This document shows positions 1 through 9,672 of a stretch of 26,350 nucleotides of DNA, in pieces; the first letter of the stretch is position 1, and each line of letters begins with the position of its first letter. The notes under the pieces are model-generated. The model saw only the letters and a program-made list of their open reading frames with translations, searched no databases and was not told where the DNA came from. Location: positions 1 through 26,350 of the forward strand of contig JAGLTQ010000129.1 in assembly GCA_023135195.1 (NCBI GenBank), in the 5' to 3' direction. The stretch comes from Gammaproteobacteria bacterium. Its GTDB lineage: Bacteria; Pseudomonadota; Gammaproteobacteria; UBA6429; Thiohalophilaceae. Both the position numbers and the translations under genes were made by a program.

Positions 1-180
1 CGGGGTTTTTGGCGTGCAGGTTTAGCCAGCATCATTGCCAGATTTGAGGCAAAGTCACCATGACTTGGGTCACGGGTATGTTCTATAACAATCTTTACGC
101 TGACATCGTCAGCTAAAACACCGTCTTTTTTTAGTGTTGTGATGACTTGTTCGAGTAATGTGGTTAATGCTGCTTTCATG
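1..180 (-). CDS. argS: Arginyl-tRNA synthetase, N-terminal 60 codons only; the gene runs off the window's left edge.
   Basis: The reverse complement of 1-180 translates to MKAALTTLLEQVITTLKKDGVLADDVSVKIVIEHTRDPSHGDFASNLAMMLAKPARQKP. The PSHGDFASNLAMMLAK block is the conserved N-terminal Add-1 domain signature of ArgS. The ATG is at 178-180 on the minus strand. Confidence 0.8.
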
Positions 181-258
181 ATTTAGATAGATAACCTGAT
201 AATTTTACGGTTGAGCTTAAATTTGAGGGGATTATATCACTGGCTAGGAGGGTAAAGG

Positions 259-316
259 TACCGGAGTCACTACTATTTGGGATTGCTATCTTGTAGTAGT
301 AATTCCGGTATTTTAG
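259..316. terminator. Imperfect hairpin (arms taccgga..actacta / tagtagt..tccggta) followed by TTTT on the + strand, in the intergenic region downstream of the minus-strand gene that ends at 330.
   Basis: Arms at 259-275 and 294-310 are complementary apart from a 3-nt bulge, with an 18-nt loop and a T-run at 311-314. The U-tract sits on the strand opposite the adjacent gene's 3' end, so function as a terminator is uncertain. Confidence 0.3.
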
Positions 317-329
317 TTACATTCTTTGT

Positions 330-1703
330 TTACTTAGGTTTGGAGATTAATTCTATTTTGGAAAAATAGGCTTCGATGCTTTTAACCTTTGCACGAGGAA
401 CTGTCATGGTGAATTTGCCACCTTTGACTTTCTTTTGCACGTAAAGATTGGTTTTGTCGATACGTATTAATTGCCCGTTTCTTTTATTTCCATTTTTAGT
501 TGTGACATGAACAAAGTCACTCAGGTGTTTGTTTATATCGGAGATTTTAATTTTATGATATTTCGCCGGTGCCTTTGCATAGACCTTGGGAGCAAGCACT
601 GGAGCAGGTGGCTTAATGGGATCACCGCGTAGCAATGACTCAAAATCCAGGCTCTTTGCCATGCGTTTTTCAAAGTTCTCAGTAAACTCTGCAGGTGGCA
701 ATGTATAGCTCATATCCGTCACTAAAAGCCCATTAATTTTAAGCTCAACATTTAATGCGCTCATAATTTCATCAGCTGGCATAGTAGGGAGCATCATGGG
801 ATTAAATTCTTCATTTTGTGCCATCGTCAATGTGACTAAATCTGGTTTTAACAAAAAGTCCTTATAGGCATCACGTAAACCTAAACCGGGTGCGAATCCC
901 CAAACCATATAAAAATAATTATCGGATTGTTTAACTTCAGCATCGATGAACTCTTCTTTTTTCATGTTGCTCAGTTCAGCGCAATATTTCAGCAGGCGCG
1001 GTGTATATGTTTCATCTTTATATGTGATTTCAAGATTATCAAGACGAGGCATTCCGCTTTGCATCATTTTGTCTGGAGACATGCCGTCAATATTTGAGAT
1101 GTTGATATTGACCTTTAAATTGCCTATTTTTCGGCTATTTTCATCAATAACAATGTTGAGTGTTTTTTTACTTTCGTTAAAGTCATAGGCCATTCGCATA
1201 TTGGATAAAATACGGGTGTAGCCCATTTCTTTATAATCACTTGGGCCAAAAACACTTTTACCGCCACATATTTTACGTTCATTAGCAAAAACAGGTTGAA
1301 CTCGTTTTACTAATCTATCCAGCCATTCAGCAGTGTCACCATGCAAATCGAGATAAAAATCATCAATTGCAAATCCAAGGCGTTTAGGGAGCTCACCTTT
1401 TTTAATATTTTCAGAACCATTGAGCATGTAAGCAAAGCCCGGTGTTTCGAAAGTTATATTACCGATGGAAATTTCTTCAGGTAAAAAATTACCTGAGACA
1501 CGAACATTCTGTAGTTTAACTTCACCTGAAAGCATTGAGGTTGTCAGGTCGCTGTACTTAACCTGCACGAAAGGTCGAATGGAACTTAACGTGTTATCAA
1601 TATTTGTTTTGAACTGGTGATGTATATAACCATTAATACCTGCAACAAGTGCAAGTATTGCCAGTAATGCTGCAATTAATATGTTTCGAATGTGTCGTGG
1701 CAC
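330..1703 (-). CDS. Hypothetical 457-aa protein with a single N-terminal transmembrane anchor. It is co-operonic with, and downstream of, the flotillin-like gene.
   Basis: Complete ORF with a GTG start at 1701-1703, preceded by AAAGAGGA seven nt upstream. The N-terminal hydrophobic segment is ILIAALLAILALVAGI and the rest is hydrophilic. No motif I can name with confidence. It lies 46 nt downstream of the flotillin stop on the same strand. Confidence 0.6.
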   Translation of the reverse strand: MPRHIRNILIAALLAILALVAGINGYIHHQFKTNIDNTLSSIRPFVQVKYSDLTTSMLSGEVKLQNVRVSGNFLPEEISIGNITFETPGFAYMLNGSENIKKGELPKRLGFAIDDFYLDLHGDTAEWLDRLVKRVQPVFANERKICGGKSVFGPSDYKEMGYTRILSNMRMAYDFNESKKTLNIVIDENSRKIGNLKVNINISNIDGMSPDKMMQSGMPRLDNLEITYKDETYTPRLLKYCAELSNMKKEEFIDAEVKQSDNYFYMVWGFAPGLGLRDAYKDFLLKPDLVTLTMAQNEEFNPMMLPTMPADEIMSALNVELKINGLLVTDMSYTLPPAEFTENFEKRMAKSLDFESLLRGDPIKPPAPVLAPKVYAKAPAKYHKIKISDINKHLSDFVHVTTKNGNKRNGQLIRIDKTNLYVQKKVKGGKFTMTVPRAKVKSIEAYFSKIELISKPK

Positions 1704-1749
1704 AATAAATCCTCTTTCGTGAGCGATGATTTCTTTTTAATTTATAATT

Positions 1750-3441
1750 TTAGCGTTTTTTTGAATTAGCTTTTAAGCCTTTTATTGTTTCTAACAAGTT
1801 CGATGCGCCTAAAACAGCGGCAGCACCTGCATAACCTGTACCGGTTCCATTAACTAATACGGTAGGCACTTTAACAATGGCCGGGTTTTTAATTGCTGCA
1901 TCTAACGTTTTCTCTAATGCTTGTAATTGCATTGCACGTTCTTTGCCTAAAACATTTGCTTGCGCTTGTTGCCCTTTAGCAATTTCAATAAGTTTGAGTT
2001 TTTCACCCTCACCTTCTAATTGTAATTGACGTTTACGATGTTTCGCAGCTTGTTTCGCGATTTCTGCTTTAACGAGTTGACCTTGTTGATCAGCAGTCGC
2101 ACGTTCACGTTCAACAGCAATCCGTTGTTTTTGTGCTTGTTGTTCTTTTATATAGGTTGTTTTCAATTGTGCTGCAAGTTGTTCTCGCAAAGTTGCGACA
2201 AGTAACTCAGGTGGAATAGCAGGTTCACCCATACGTACTTCCTGAATACTGACCCCTGCTTTTAAACCTTCTGGCACAATTGCTTTTTCGAGTAACGTCA
2301 CAATCTCTTCACGTTTCAGCATGAAATCCAGTGCTTTACGTTCTTTTACTCCACCAATAGTGCGTAAGATGTCGCGGATAGCGGGAGTAATAATATTATC
2401 TTCAACTTTTTGCAGGTTACCAATCGTAGCAACGACGATAGGTGCATTTTTAGGATGCACTTGAACAACAACACGCATTTCAACAGGAACGGTCCAGCCC
2501 TCGACGCGAACTAAAATCGCTGATGAGGCAGCATTTTTTGGTACAGGAAGCTTTTCTGCTGTTTCGGTTTGACTAATTTTCCCATTATCATCAACACGTA
2601 AATCAATTTTACGCCTGGTATAACCGCCTTTATAAACCCAGGTTCTTAAACGAGTAGGAATAATTGTTGGGATGTAAGCACGATTATTTAAGTAATATCG
2701 TCCAGGTGGTAATGGCTCATCCCAAACACCGATACAACCTTTAGGTACGATAGGTGTTGCAACATGTGCGCCTTCTTTGCCATTTTTTAAGGATGTCGTA
2801 GGGCAACTTTTATTTGTTTGCACATTTGAGCGAATGACCGCAACGTGTCCTGTGGGTACATCGAGTGCTTTTGCAGCTTTGACATCAAATAGATAACGAT
2901 TAATACGATATTTACCAGGACGTAATACGGTTAACTGTGGACCTTTTTGACCTTTGCCTTCAGTCAGGAAGTGGGTGGCATTAAGCATCTGTTGAAATTT
3001 TTCTTCTTGCCATTCATCGGCGATGAATTGTCCCTGACGCAAGGGCAAGCCATCTTTTGCATTAAGAATACCGTATTGCCCTTCTGCAATTTCAACAACG
3101 GGAACATCGGTATTAACTTCATTAAGAATACGAACAAAAGGCATAAAGTGAAAGCCCGGGCCAATAATTTCTGATTGCGGACCTTTTTCACCGTCAGGAG
3201 CGATAATTTTTCCAGGTGGTAAGTTTGCTGCGAGGTATATACGTTCGAGATGACCAACTTCATTAGCACCGATAATGACAAATGAACGAGAACCTAAAAG
3301 AAATAAACCGATACCAACTAAAGCGAATTGAAGAATGCGGGTATAGACTTGTGATTTTTGTTCATCACCTTTATTAATAGGATTTTTGAGCAAGTAACCT
3401 GCCCACGCTAACATCGCAATTGAAATCAAACCTAAAAACAT
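1750..3441 (-). CDS. yqiK: Flotillin-like SPFH/band-7 family membrane protein (YqiK-like).
   Basis: 563 aa. It has an N-terminal TM segment, an SPFH core, and a C-terminal Ala/Glu/Gln-rich coiled-coil tail (EQQAQKQRIAVERERATADQQGQLVKAEIAKQAAKHRKRQLQLEGEGEKLKLIEIAKGQQAQ). These are typical of bacterial flotillins. The RBS GGGG sits seven nt upstream of the ATG. Confidence 0.8.
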   Translation of the reverse strand: MFLGLISIAMLAWAGYLLKNPINKGDEQKSQVYTRILQFALVGIGLFLLGSRSFVIIGANEVGHLERIYLAANLPPGKIIAPDGEKGPQSEIIGPGFHFMPFVRILNEVNTDVPVVEIAEGQYGILNAKDGLPLRQGQFIADEWQEEKFQQMLNATHFLTEGKGQKGPQLTVLRPGKYRINRYLFDVKAAKALDVPTGHVAVIRSNVQTNKSCPTTSLKNGKEGAHVATPIVPKGCIGVWDEPLPPGRYYLNNRAYIPTIIPTRLRTWVYKGGYTRRKIDLRVDDNGKISQTETAEKLPVPKNAASSAILVRVEGWTVPVEMRVVVQVHPKNAPIVVATIGNLQKVEDNIITPAIRDILRTIGGVKERKALDFMLKREEIVTLLEKAIVPEGLKAGVSIQEVRMGEPAIPPELLVATLREQLAAQLKTTYIKEQQAQKQRIAVERERATADQQGQLVKAEIAKQAAKHRKRQLQLEGEGEKLKLIEIAKGQQAQANVLGKERAMQLQALEKTLDAAIKNPAIVKVPTVLVNGTGTGYAGAAAVLGASNLLETIKGLKANSKKR

Positions 3442-3657
3442 AACAAACCCCTTTATTCTTCCTTAAATTAATGTACGTATGAGGTTATGAAGTTAGGAGA
3501 GATATTGCAAGCAGGGAGCGGGTTTCATTGGTATGAATAGTGATTTTATTTATCCATAAACAGGCATGATTAAGATTAGTTCCTAATTATGATAAGTTAG
3601 CAGGCTGGATGTGATATAAAAAATATCATATATTTAAAATAAAATTTTCTACAGGTA

Positions 3658-5202
3658 ATGAAATTGAGTGCATGGCAAGTTTTAGGTATCGCGCAAACGA
3701 CTAATAAAAAGCTTATTAAACGCGCATATGCGAAATTATTAAAACTTCATAAGCCTGAACAGGATCCTGAAGGCTATCAACGTCTTCGTAACGCCTATGA
3801 TAAAGCTATCGTTTATTGTAAAAGGGAGAATGTAAATTCTATTGAAGATTTTTACAATGATGTTATTGCTTTAGACCTTCCGGTTCAGCTCTCTCATCGT
3901 TCGGAGTTTCAATACAGTGAACCAGACATAGAAAACATGGGATCTGTAGTGGATGATTCCCCTGATGCTCGTATTTTCAATGATATTAATAATGCTGTTC
4001 AGAATGTTTTTTATATTGAGTCCCCAATAGAATCACTTAAATCATTTAAGACTTTGTTGAAGTCAGATTTATTACTCAATATTAAAAACAGGAAGTTGTT
4101 TTCACTATTATCAATAGAAAAAGGAATTAATTGGGATGGTGACTTTGAATATCCCTATGTGCTTTTAAATGATATGGCCACTGAGTTGGCCTGGTTTGAT
4201 ATAAATGCCAAGTATGAATCAGTCAGCGATGAAGATATTCATTATTTACAGTTACGAATAAAAGCAGGTTTAGAGTACCAGGCTTTGGTAAAGCTATCTA
4301 AACAGCGCGCATTTTTCAGCAAAGATAGTTCAGACATTCGAGCGGCTCGTTTAATTTTAGGTGAGTATCATCCTGGGTATTTTAATTTTCAGGCTTTTAT
4401 TTATTTTAATCACAGTTATTATGCGACTAAAAATATCATTGATAAATTTACTCAGCAGTATTCTTTAGAGCTTTGCCCACAAATAAATACGCCATCATTT
4501 CGATGGTGGCAAAAACGATTAAACAGACATGCCTACTCAATTATTGATGTCATTATTGCTACTTCTATTGTAGTAGTTTTAATAATGTTGAATGACATGT
4601 CTATTATTAGTATTTACAGTCTTTCCCTTGACCATTCTATAGTTACTGGTTTTAGCATCTTATTAATGGTTATTCTATCTATTGCTGTTTGGTGGATGAT
4701 TAACGTCTTGCTAAAAGGGTTTCGTTTTACAGCATCAAAAGTAAAAGAATATTATAAAGTTTTAAAAGATTATATTAGTGAATATTGGAACAGCATTAAA
4801 CATCGACCTTTTGTTTATTATGGTGTAACCAGCATTTATATATTTGTTTTTTTATTAGCTGGCTATTTAAAGGATTCAAATTATGATACTGGTTTATTAT
4901 TTTTAGGCAGTATATTGCTTTTTATAATGCTTGAAGCAAAAATTATATTGTTATGCGTCGCTTATCTTCCTTACGTTCTTGTGAAATCGGAAATAGAATT
5001 TATTGAATTACCATTAACATTAAATTACATATTTGTTTTTGTTGCATTATTAAGTATTGTTAGTTTTGAAAAGTTACAGGAAATTGAGCTTGCTGAATGG
5101 GCAACAAGGAGTACGCTTGGCGTGATTCTTAGCATGAGCATTGTTACCAGCTTAGTCAGTTTTGTCCTGCTTAAAAGTTTAAATTATATTATCTTGTTTT
5201 AA
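3658..5202 (+). CDS. djlC: Membrane-anchored J-domain co-chaperone, DjlC-like, and probable partner of HscC.
   Basis: The N-terminal ~65 aa form a J domain ([29 protein letters not shown] contains the HPD-type tripeptide as HKP..DPE). The C-terminal ~200 aa are strongly hydrophobic with several predicted TM helices. The gene sits immediately upstream of an HscC-type Hsp70, mirroring the E. coli ybeV(djlC)-hscC arrangement. Confidence 0.7.
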   Translation: MKLSAWQVLGIAQTTNKKLIKRAYAKLLKLHKPEQDPEGYQRLRNAYDKAIVYCKRENVNSIEDFYNDVIALDLPVQLSHRSEFQYSEPDIENMGSVVDDSPDARIFNDINNAVQNVFYIESPIESLKSFKTLLKSDLLLNIKNRKLFSLLSIEKGINWDGDFEYPYVLLNDMATELAWFDINAKYESVSDEDIHYLQLRIKAGLEYQALVKLSKQRAFFSKDSSDIRAARLILGEYHPGYFNFQAFIYFNHSYYATKNIIDKFTQQYSLELCPQINTPSFRWWQKRLNRHAYSIIDVIIATSIVVVLIMLNDMSIISIYSLSLDHSIVTGFSILLMVILSIAVWWMINVLLKGFRFTASKVKEYYKVLKDYISEYWNSIKHRPFVYYGVTSIYIFVFLLAGYLKDSNYDTGLLFLGSILLFIMLEAKIILLCVAYLPYVLVKSEIEFIELPLTLNYIFVFVALLSIVSFEKLQEIELAEWATRSTLGVILSMSIVTSLVSFVLLKSLNYIILF

Positions 5203-5216
5203 AAAGTGAATATTAT

Positions 5217-6917
5217 ATGTCTATGATAGGTATTGATTTAGGTACAACAAATAGCCTGGTAACGTATTGGGATGGGAAACAGGCAAGCTTGATTCCCAAT
5301 GGGCTTAATAAAGTTATGACGCCTTCTATTGTTGGTATAGATGACAGTGGTGCGATTATTGTTGGTGAGGTTGCCAGGCAACGATTACAAACTCATTCCG
5401 ATAAAACCCTTGCAAATTTTAAACGTTACATGGGAAGCAATAAAACGTTTTCTCTGGGTAAAAATAAATTTCGTCCTGAAGAGTTATCCGCATTGGTATT
5501 GAAAAGTCTCAAGGCTGATGCAGAGGCTTTTTTAAATGAAGAGGTAACGGATGCAGTCATCAGTGTGCCTGCTTATTTTAGTGATGCGCAACGTAAGGCG
5601 ACTCAGGCCGCAGGACAGTTAGCAGGACTTAATGTTAAACGCTTAATTAATGAACCGACCGCCGCGGCTATAGCCTATGGAATGCATGAGAAAAAGGATG
5701 ATATTACTTTTTTAGTCTTCGATATTGGTGGCGGCACATTTGATGTTTCAATATTAGAACTCTTTGATGGTGTCATGCAGGTCAATGCTTCATCGGGTGA
5801 TAACCGCTTAGGTGGAGAAGATTTTGTTGATGTGCTGATAAGAGCATTTGCAGAACATCATAATATGAAGCTTGATAAATTAAAGGGACAGCAACTGGCA
5901 AACTTACGTTTATCCGCAGAGAACTGTAAGCAAGCATTGACCTCTGAAATGCATTCAAGTATGAGCATACGAGTAAAAAAACAGAACTATGATATGTCTG
6001 TGAGTCGGGAACAGTTCAATGATTTTAGTGCTGATCTATTACAACGCTTAAGACAGCCTCTTGAGCGTGCACTGAATGATGCAGATCTGCATGGCGATGA
6101 ATTGGATAGCATCATATTAGTGGGTGGGGCATCACGCATGCCGATCATTCGCTCGCTTGCATCAAAGATGCTTGGGAAAATTCCTTCAGCACATATCAAC
6201 CCTGATGAGATTGTTGCTTTAGGTACAGCCATTCAGGTTGGTCTAATACAAAATGATGAGACATTAAAAGAGATTGTACTAACGGATGTATCGCCTTATA
6301 CCTTAGGTATAGATATACATAATGAGAATGATCAGGGTGAAAGTGGTTTATTGTTTCATCCTATTATCGAACGTAATTCTCCTGTACCAATTAGTCGAAG
6401 TGATTTGTTATATAACGCAAGTGATAACCAATCCAAAATTGAAATGGGTATTTATCAAGGTGAAGCACTCTATGTAAGGGAGAATATAAAACTGGGAACA
6501 CTTAAATTAAAAATACCCAGAGGACGAGCAGGATCTGAAAGCATAGATGTTCGTTTCACCTACGATATTAATGGCCTGTTGGAAGTAGAAGTGATCGTAA
6601 CTTCAACGGGTAAAAAAGAACGTGTCGTGATAGAAGGCAACCCCGGTCTTTTAACACAAAAAGAAATTGAACAGCGCTTAAAATCTTTACAGGGATTGAA
6701 AATTCACCCCCGCGAAAAACTTGAAAACTCAGTATTAATGGCTCGGGGAGAAAGATTATATGAAAATGCACTGGGAGAAAAACGTGCGTATATAGCAGAG
6801 TTATTACAACTATTTGAGAAAACATTGAACAAACAAGATTTGGCTGAAATTAAATCTCTGGTTAATGAAATTACTGAAATCTTTGATCAGTTAGAGCAAG
6901 ATTCGCCGCTGCACTAA
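5217..6917 (+). CDS. hscC: Hsp70-family chaperone, HscC subfamily.
   Basis: 566 aa. It carries the Hsp70 N-terminal ATPase signature [10 protein letters not shown], plus [26 protein letters not shown] and [10 protein letters not shown] motifs. The length and shortened C-terminal lid are HscC-like (E. coli HscC is 556 aa). It follows a J-domain membrane protein by 15 nt. Confidence 0.85.
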   Translation: MSMIGIDLGTTNSLVTYWDGKQASLIPNGLNKVMTPSIVGIDDSGAIIVGEVARQRLQTHSDKTLANFKRYMGSNKTFSLGKNKFRPEELSALVLKSLKADAEAFLNEEVTDAVISVPAYFSDAQRKATQAAGQLAGLNVKRLINEPTAAAIAYGMHEKKDDITFLVFDIGGGTFDVSILELFDGVMQVNASSGDNRLGGEDFVDVLIRAFAEHHNMKLDKLKGQQLANLRLSAENCKQALTSEMHSSMSIRVKKQNYDMSVSREQFNDFSADLLQRLRQPLERALNDADLHGDELDSIILVGGASRMPIIRSLASKMLGKIPSAHINPDEIVALGTAIQVGLIQNDETLKEIVLTDVSPYTLGIDIHNENDQGESGLLFHPIIERNSPVPISRSDLLYNASDNQSKIEMGIYQGEALYVRENIKLGTLKLKIPRGRAGSESIDVRFTYDINGLLEVEVIVTSTGKKERVVIEGNPGLLTQKEIEQRLKSLQGLKIHPREKLENSVLMARGERLYENALGEKRAYIAELLQLFEKTLNKQDLAEIKSLVNEITEIFDQLEQDSPLH

Positions 6918-6931
6918 ATACAGTAATGGCT

Positions 6932-9133
6932 TTACATCAAATCCATCGGGTCTATATCAATAGACCAACGAACTTTTTTTGCAGTCTTGTCGATTTCAAT
7001 TTGTGGAATGCTTGAGGCAAAGAGTGTTTGTAGTTGTTTACGGTTGTTAGCCTGAACGAGTAACTGTGCACGATAACGTCCGGCACGACGTTCCATTAAA
7101 GCGGGGAACGGACCAATTAATAAAACATCATTTTGTTTATTTTGTTCTAACAACAAACGCGCTTGTTCTAAAAATACCATCGGACTTTGTTGATCAACCG
7201 CTTCTGCACGAAGTAATGCTAGATGAGTAAAGGGCGGCAACTCTGTTTGCTGGCGTTCTTCGATTAAGGCTTTTGCAAAACCGGGATAGTCATGTTTAAG
7301 CAACGGTTTAAATAAGGGATGATCTGCATGATGAGTTTGAATAAGTACTTCACCCTCTTTTTCTTCACGTCCAGCACGTCCGGCGACTTGTAAAATCAAT
7401 TGTCCCATACGTTCTGAAGCACGAAAGTCTGAACTGTATAAACCATGATCCGCATTTAACATGCCGACCAATGTTACGTTAGGAAAGTGATGCCCTTTGG
7501 CCAACATTTGTGTGCCAATTAAAATTTGTCGCTTACCATTATTGATTTCATTTAGCAGTTTTTCCATTGAACCTTTACGGCGCGTGCTATCGCGATCAAT
7601 ACGGATCACCTGATACTGAGGAAAGAGTTCATTGAGTGCATGCTCAATGCGTTCGGTACCAAAACCCATTTGTAATAGATCATCGCACTTACATTTTGGA
7701 CATGCAGAAGGTTTATATTGTTCGGTACCACAGTGGTGACAACGTAGTTGTGAATTACTTTGATGCAAAGTCATGTGGGCATCGCAACGTGGACATAGAG
7801 CATGCCAGCCACACTCATGACACATGAGGACAGGAGCATAACCACGACGATTTAAAAATAATAAAACCTGTGAATCATTCTCAAGATGTTCTTTCATTTT
7901 ATGCAGCAGTTGTGCTGAAACACCGTGTTCCATTTTTTGACTGCGTACATCGAGCAAAGAGATGGTGGGTGGCTTTGCATTACCGGCACGTTCAGGTAAT
8001 AACAAGGTTTCATAACGACCTTGCAAAGCATTATATAAGGTTTCTAATGAAGGTGTGGCTGAGCCTAATATAATAGGGATATTTAAATCGCGTGCGCGTT
8101 TAACCGCAAGGTCACGTGCTGAATAGCGAAAGCCATCTTGCTGTTTAAAGGAGAGATCATGCTCTTCATCAATGATAATGATACCGGGCCGTAATAGGGG
8201 GCTAAATACAGCAGAACGTGTTCCTATAATAACGTCGGCTGAACCGGCCTGGGTGTGCAACCAGGCCTGTAAACGTTCTTCATCATTTAAACCGGAATGC
8301 ATGATGGCAATGCGGCCATCAAGACGTTGTAAAAACCGATCCATCAATTGTGGGGTGAGCCCAATTTCAGGAACCAAAACGAGCGCTTGTTTTCCCTGCT
8401 TGAGAACATCTGCAATGACCTGAAGGTAAACTTCAGTTTTACCACTGCCGGTTACCCCTTCAAGTACATAGGCATGAAAGCCGTCATCTTTTTGTTCAAT
8501 AACACGATTAATAGCGTGTCGCTGATCATGATTAAGTTTGTGGGCAGAAGTGATGGTTTGTGCAATTGGTAAGGCGTTTTCTTCAAATGATTCTACTAAG
8601 CCTTTTTCTTGCAGCCGTTTCATTACCGGACGCCAGCCAACATGGTGTTCACTGAGTTGAGAATCTAATAAGCCTGAAGTGGATTGCTTGAGATCACCCA
8701 TTAGTGCAACTTGCTTGGCAGCTCTTTTTAAGCTCAGCAGGTCGAGCTGCTGGCCCTCAGGCGTGAGCTGCCAGCGCCTGATACCTTTTATATGAGTAGA
8801 AGCACCTTGACGTAGCTTTACCGGTAAGGCATTTTGCATGACCTCTCCGATAGGGTAGTGATAATACATGCTGCACCAGCGAAGTAACTGTAAAAGCTCA
8901 GTGTCAAAAACGGGTTTTTCATCCAGAATTTCAATGGCGTGCTTTAATTTTTGCACAGGCACATTGGTTTCATGCACAACGTCCAATAAAATACCGATTA
9001 GCGTTTGGCGTCCAAAGGGCACCTTTATGCGCACCCCTGCTGGAGGGTGTTTTGCCTGAAAATTTGCCGGCACAAGGTAGTCAAAATAACGTCGAAGCGG
9101 GGTTGGAATGGCGATGCGTAAATAGTTGTTCAT
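6932..9133 (-). CDS. priA: Primosomal protein N' (PriA replication-restart helicase).
   Basis: 733 aa. Walker A GVTGSGKT and a DEEH box (IIIDEEHD) are present. The Cys-rich zinc-finger insert CHECGWHALCPRCDAHMTLHQSNSQLRCHHCGTEQYKPSACPKC is characteristic of PriA. Confidence 0.9.
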   Translation of the reverse strand: MNNYLRIAIPTPLRRYFDYLVPANFQAKHPPAGVRIKVPFGRQTLIGILLDVVHETNVPVQKLKHAIEILDEKPVFDTELLQLLRWCSMYYHYPIGEVMQNALPVKLRQGASTHIKGIRRWQLTPEGQQLDLLSLKRAAKQVALMGDLKQSTSGLLDSQLSEHHVGWRPVMKRLQEKGLVESFEENALPIAQTITSAHKLNHDQRHAINRVIEQKDDGFHAYVLEGVTGSGKTEVYLQVIADVLKQGKQALVLVPEIGLTPQLMDRFLQRLDGRIAIMHSGLNDEERLQAWLHTQAGSADVIIGTRSAVFSPLLRPGIIIIDEEHDLSFKQQDGFRYSARDLAVKRARDLNIPIILGSATPSLETLYNALQGRYETLLLPERAGNAKPPTISLLDVRSQKMEHGVSAQLLHKMKEHLENDSQVLLFLNRRGYAPVLMCHECGWHALCPRCDAHMTLHQSNSQLRCHHCGTEQYKPSACPKCKCDDLLQMGFGTERIEHALNELFPQYQVIRIDRDSTRRKGSMEKLLNEINNGKRQILIGTQMLAKGHHFPNVTLVGMLNADHGLYSSDFRASERMGQLILQVAGRAGREEKEGEVLIQTHHADHPLFKPLLKHDYPGFAKALIEERQQTELPPFTHLALLRAEAVDQQSPMVFLEQARLLLEQNKQNDVLLIGPFPALMERRAGRYRAQLLVQANNRKQLQTLFASSIPQIEIDKTAKKVRWSIDIDPMDLM

Positions 9134-9270
9134 TATTTTAAAAAATGGGCTTATTAAAGCGATTTTTTCTCTCTTATTTATACATCTAATAATCTTACAG
9201 TTAGCGTAACTACCTAATAATTTTTCTAGCTTAGTGTTGCTAAGTTGTTGTCTCTAAATCACTTTGTTAG

Positions 9271-9305
9271 TTATCCACAAAAACTGTGGATAAGTCTGTG
9301 GATTA
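9271..9305. promoter_or_regulatory. Cluster of three DnaA boxes, ~140 bp upstream of the priA start codon. Box 1 is TTATCCACA (forward, 9271-9279), box 2 TGTGGATAA (reverse, 9285-9293) and box 3 TGTGGATTA (reverse, 9297-9305).
   Basis: Direct reading gives two perfect matches to the DnaA box consensus TTATCCACA in opposite orientation, plus a third one-mismatch box. The spacers are 5 and 3 bp. Confidence 0.6.
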
Positions 9306-9672
9306 AAAGAGAAAATCTGCTATTTATACTGCTATTACAGCGATAATGTTAAATTGGTTACAATTTGTACTGAAAACTTATTCCTTAATTTTCAATAGGT
9401 TATATTGTTTTTATAGTATTTTTCACATTTGATGACATTTTTATGAAGCTAAGTCGTTGTTATTGTTACTGCTGTGCATAAAAGTAAATTTTCTTTAGAT
9501 TTTTGCTTGATCTGCTGAAAATTTTCATGTAATTCGAAATAAAAACAGCCCCTTTTTAACTAAATGTTGTGAAACTTAAGCAAAAAAGTACATTTGCAGT
9601 TTATCATTAATCATCAAGAATAAACTGCATGAAAATCGTTAAGTAAAATCAATTATTTTTAGGGAGAAAGGT

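Noticed and set aside
946-1188. Short ORFs embedded antisense or out-of-frame inside long genes. They include 946-1188, 2947-3174, 2964-3281, 5987-6232, 6568-6825, 7636-9059, 9784-10023, 11304-11492, 13314-13496, 14297-15344 and 16095-16382. They also include 16907-17221, 18410-19729, 20041-20670 and 22315-22512.
   Set aside because: Each lies wholly inside a long, homology-supported or well-formed CDS on the other strand or frame. None has an RBS, and their products are low-complexity. They are treated as shadow ORFs.
3612-3628. 17-bp palindrome TGATATaaaaaATATCA in the flotillin/djlC divergent promoter region as a transcription-factor operator.
   Set aside because: A 6-bp AT-only inverted repeat is not statistically remarkable at this window's base composition. 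It is mentioned only as context, not called as a feature.
9134-9672. Possibility that the DnaA-box-containing AT-rich region is the chromosomal origin oriC.
   Set aside because: There are only three boxes and a single GATC in ~540 bp, with no 13-mer DUE repeats. The flanking genes (priA, kinase) are not typical oriC neighbours. A regulatory or DARS-like role is more likely.
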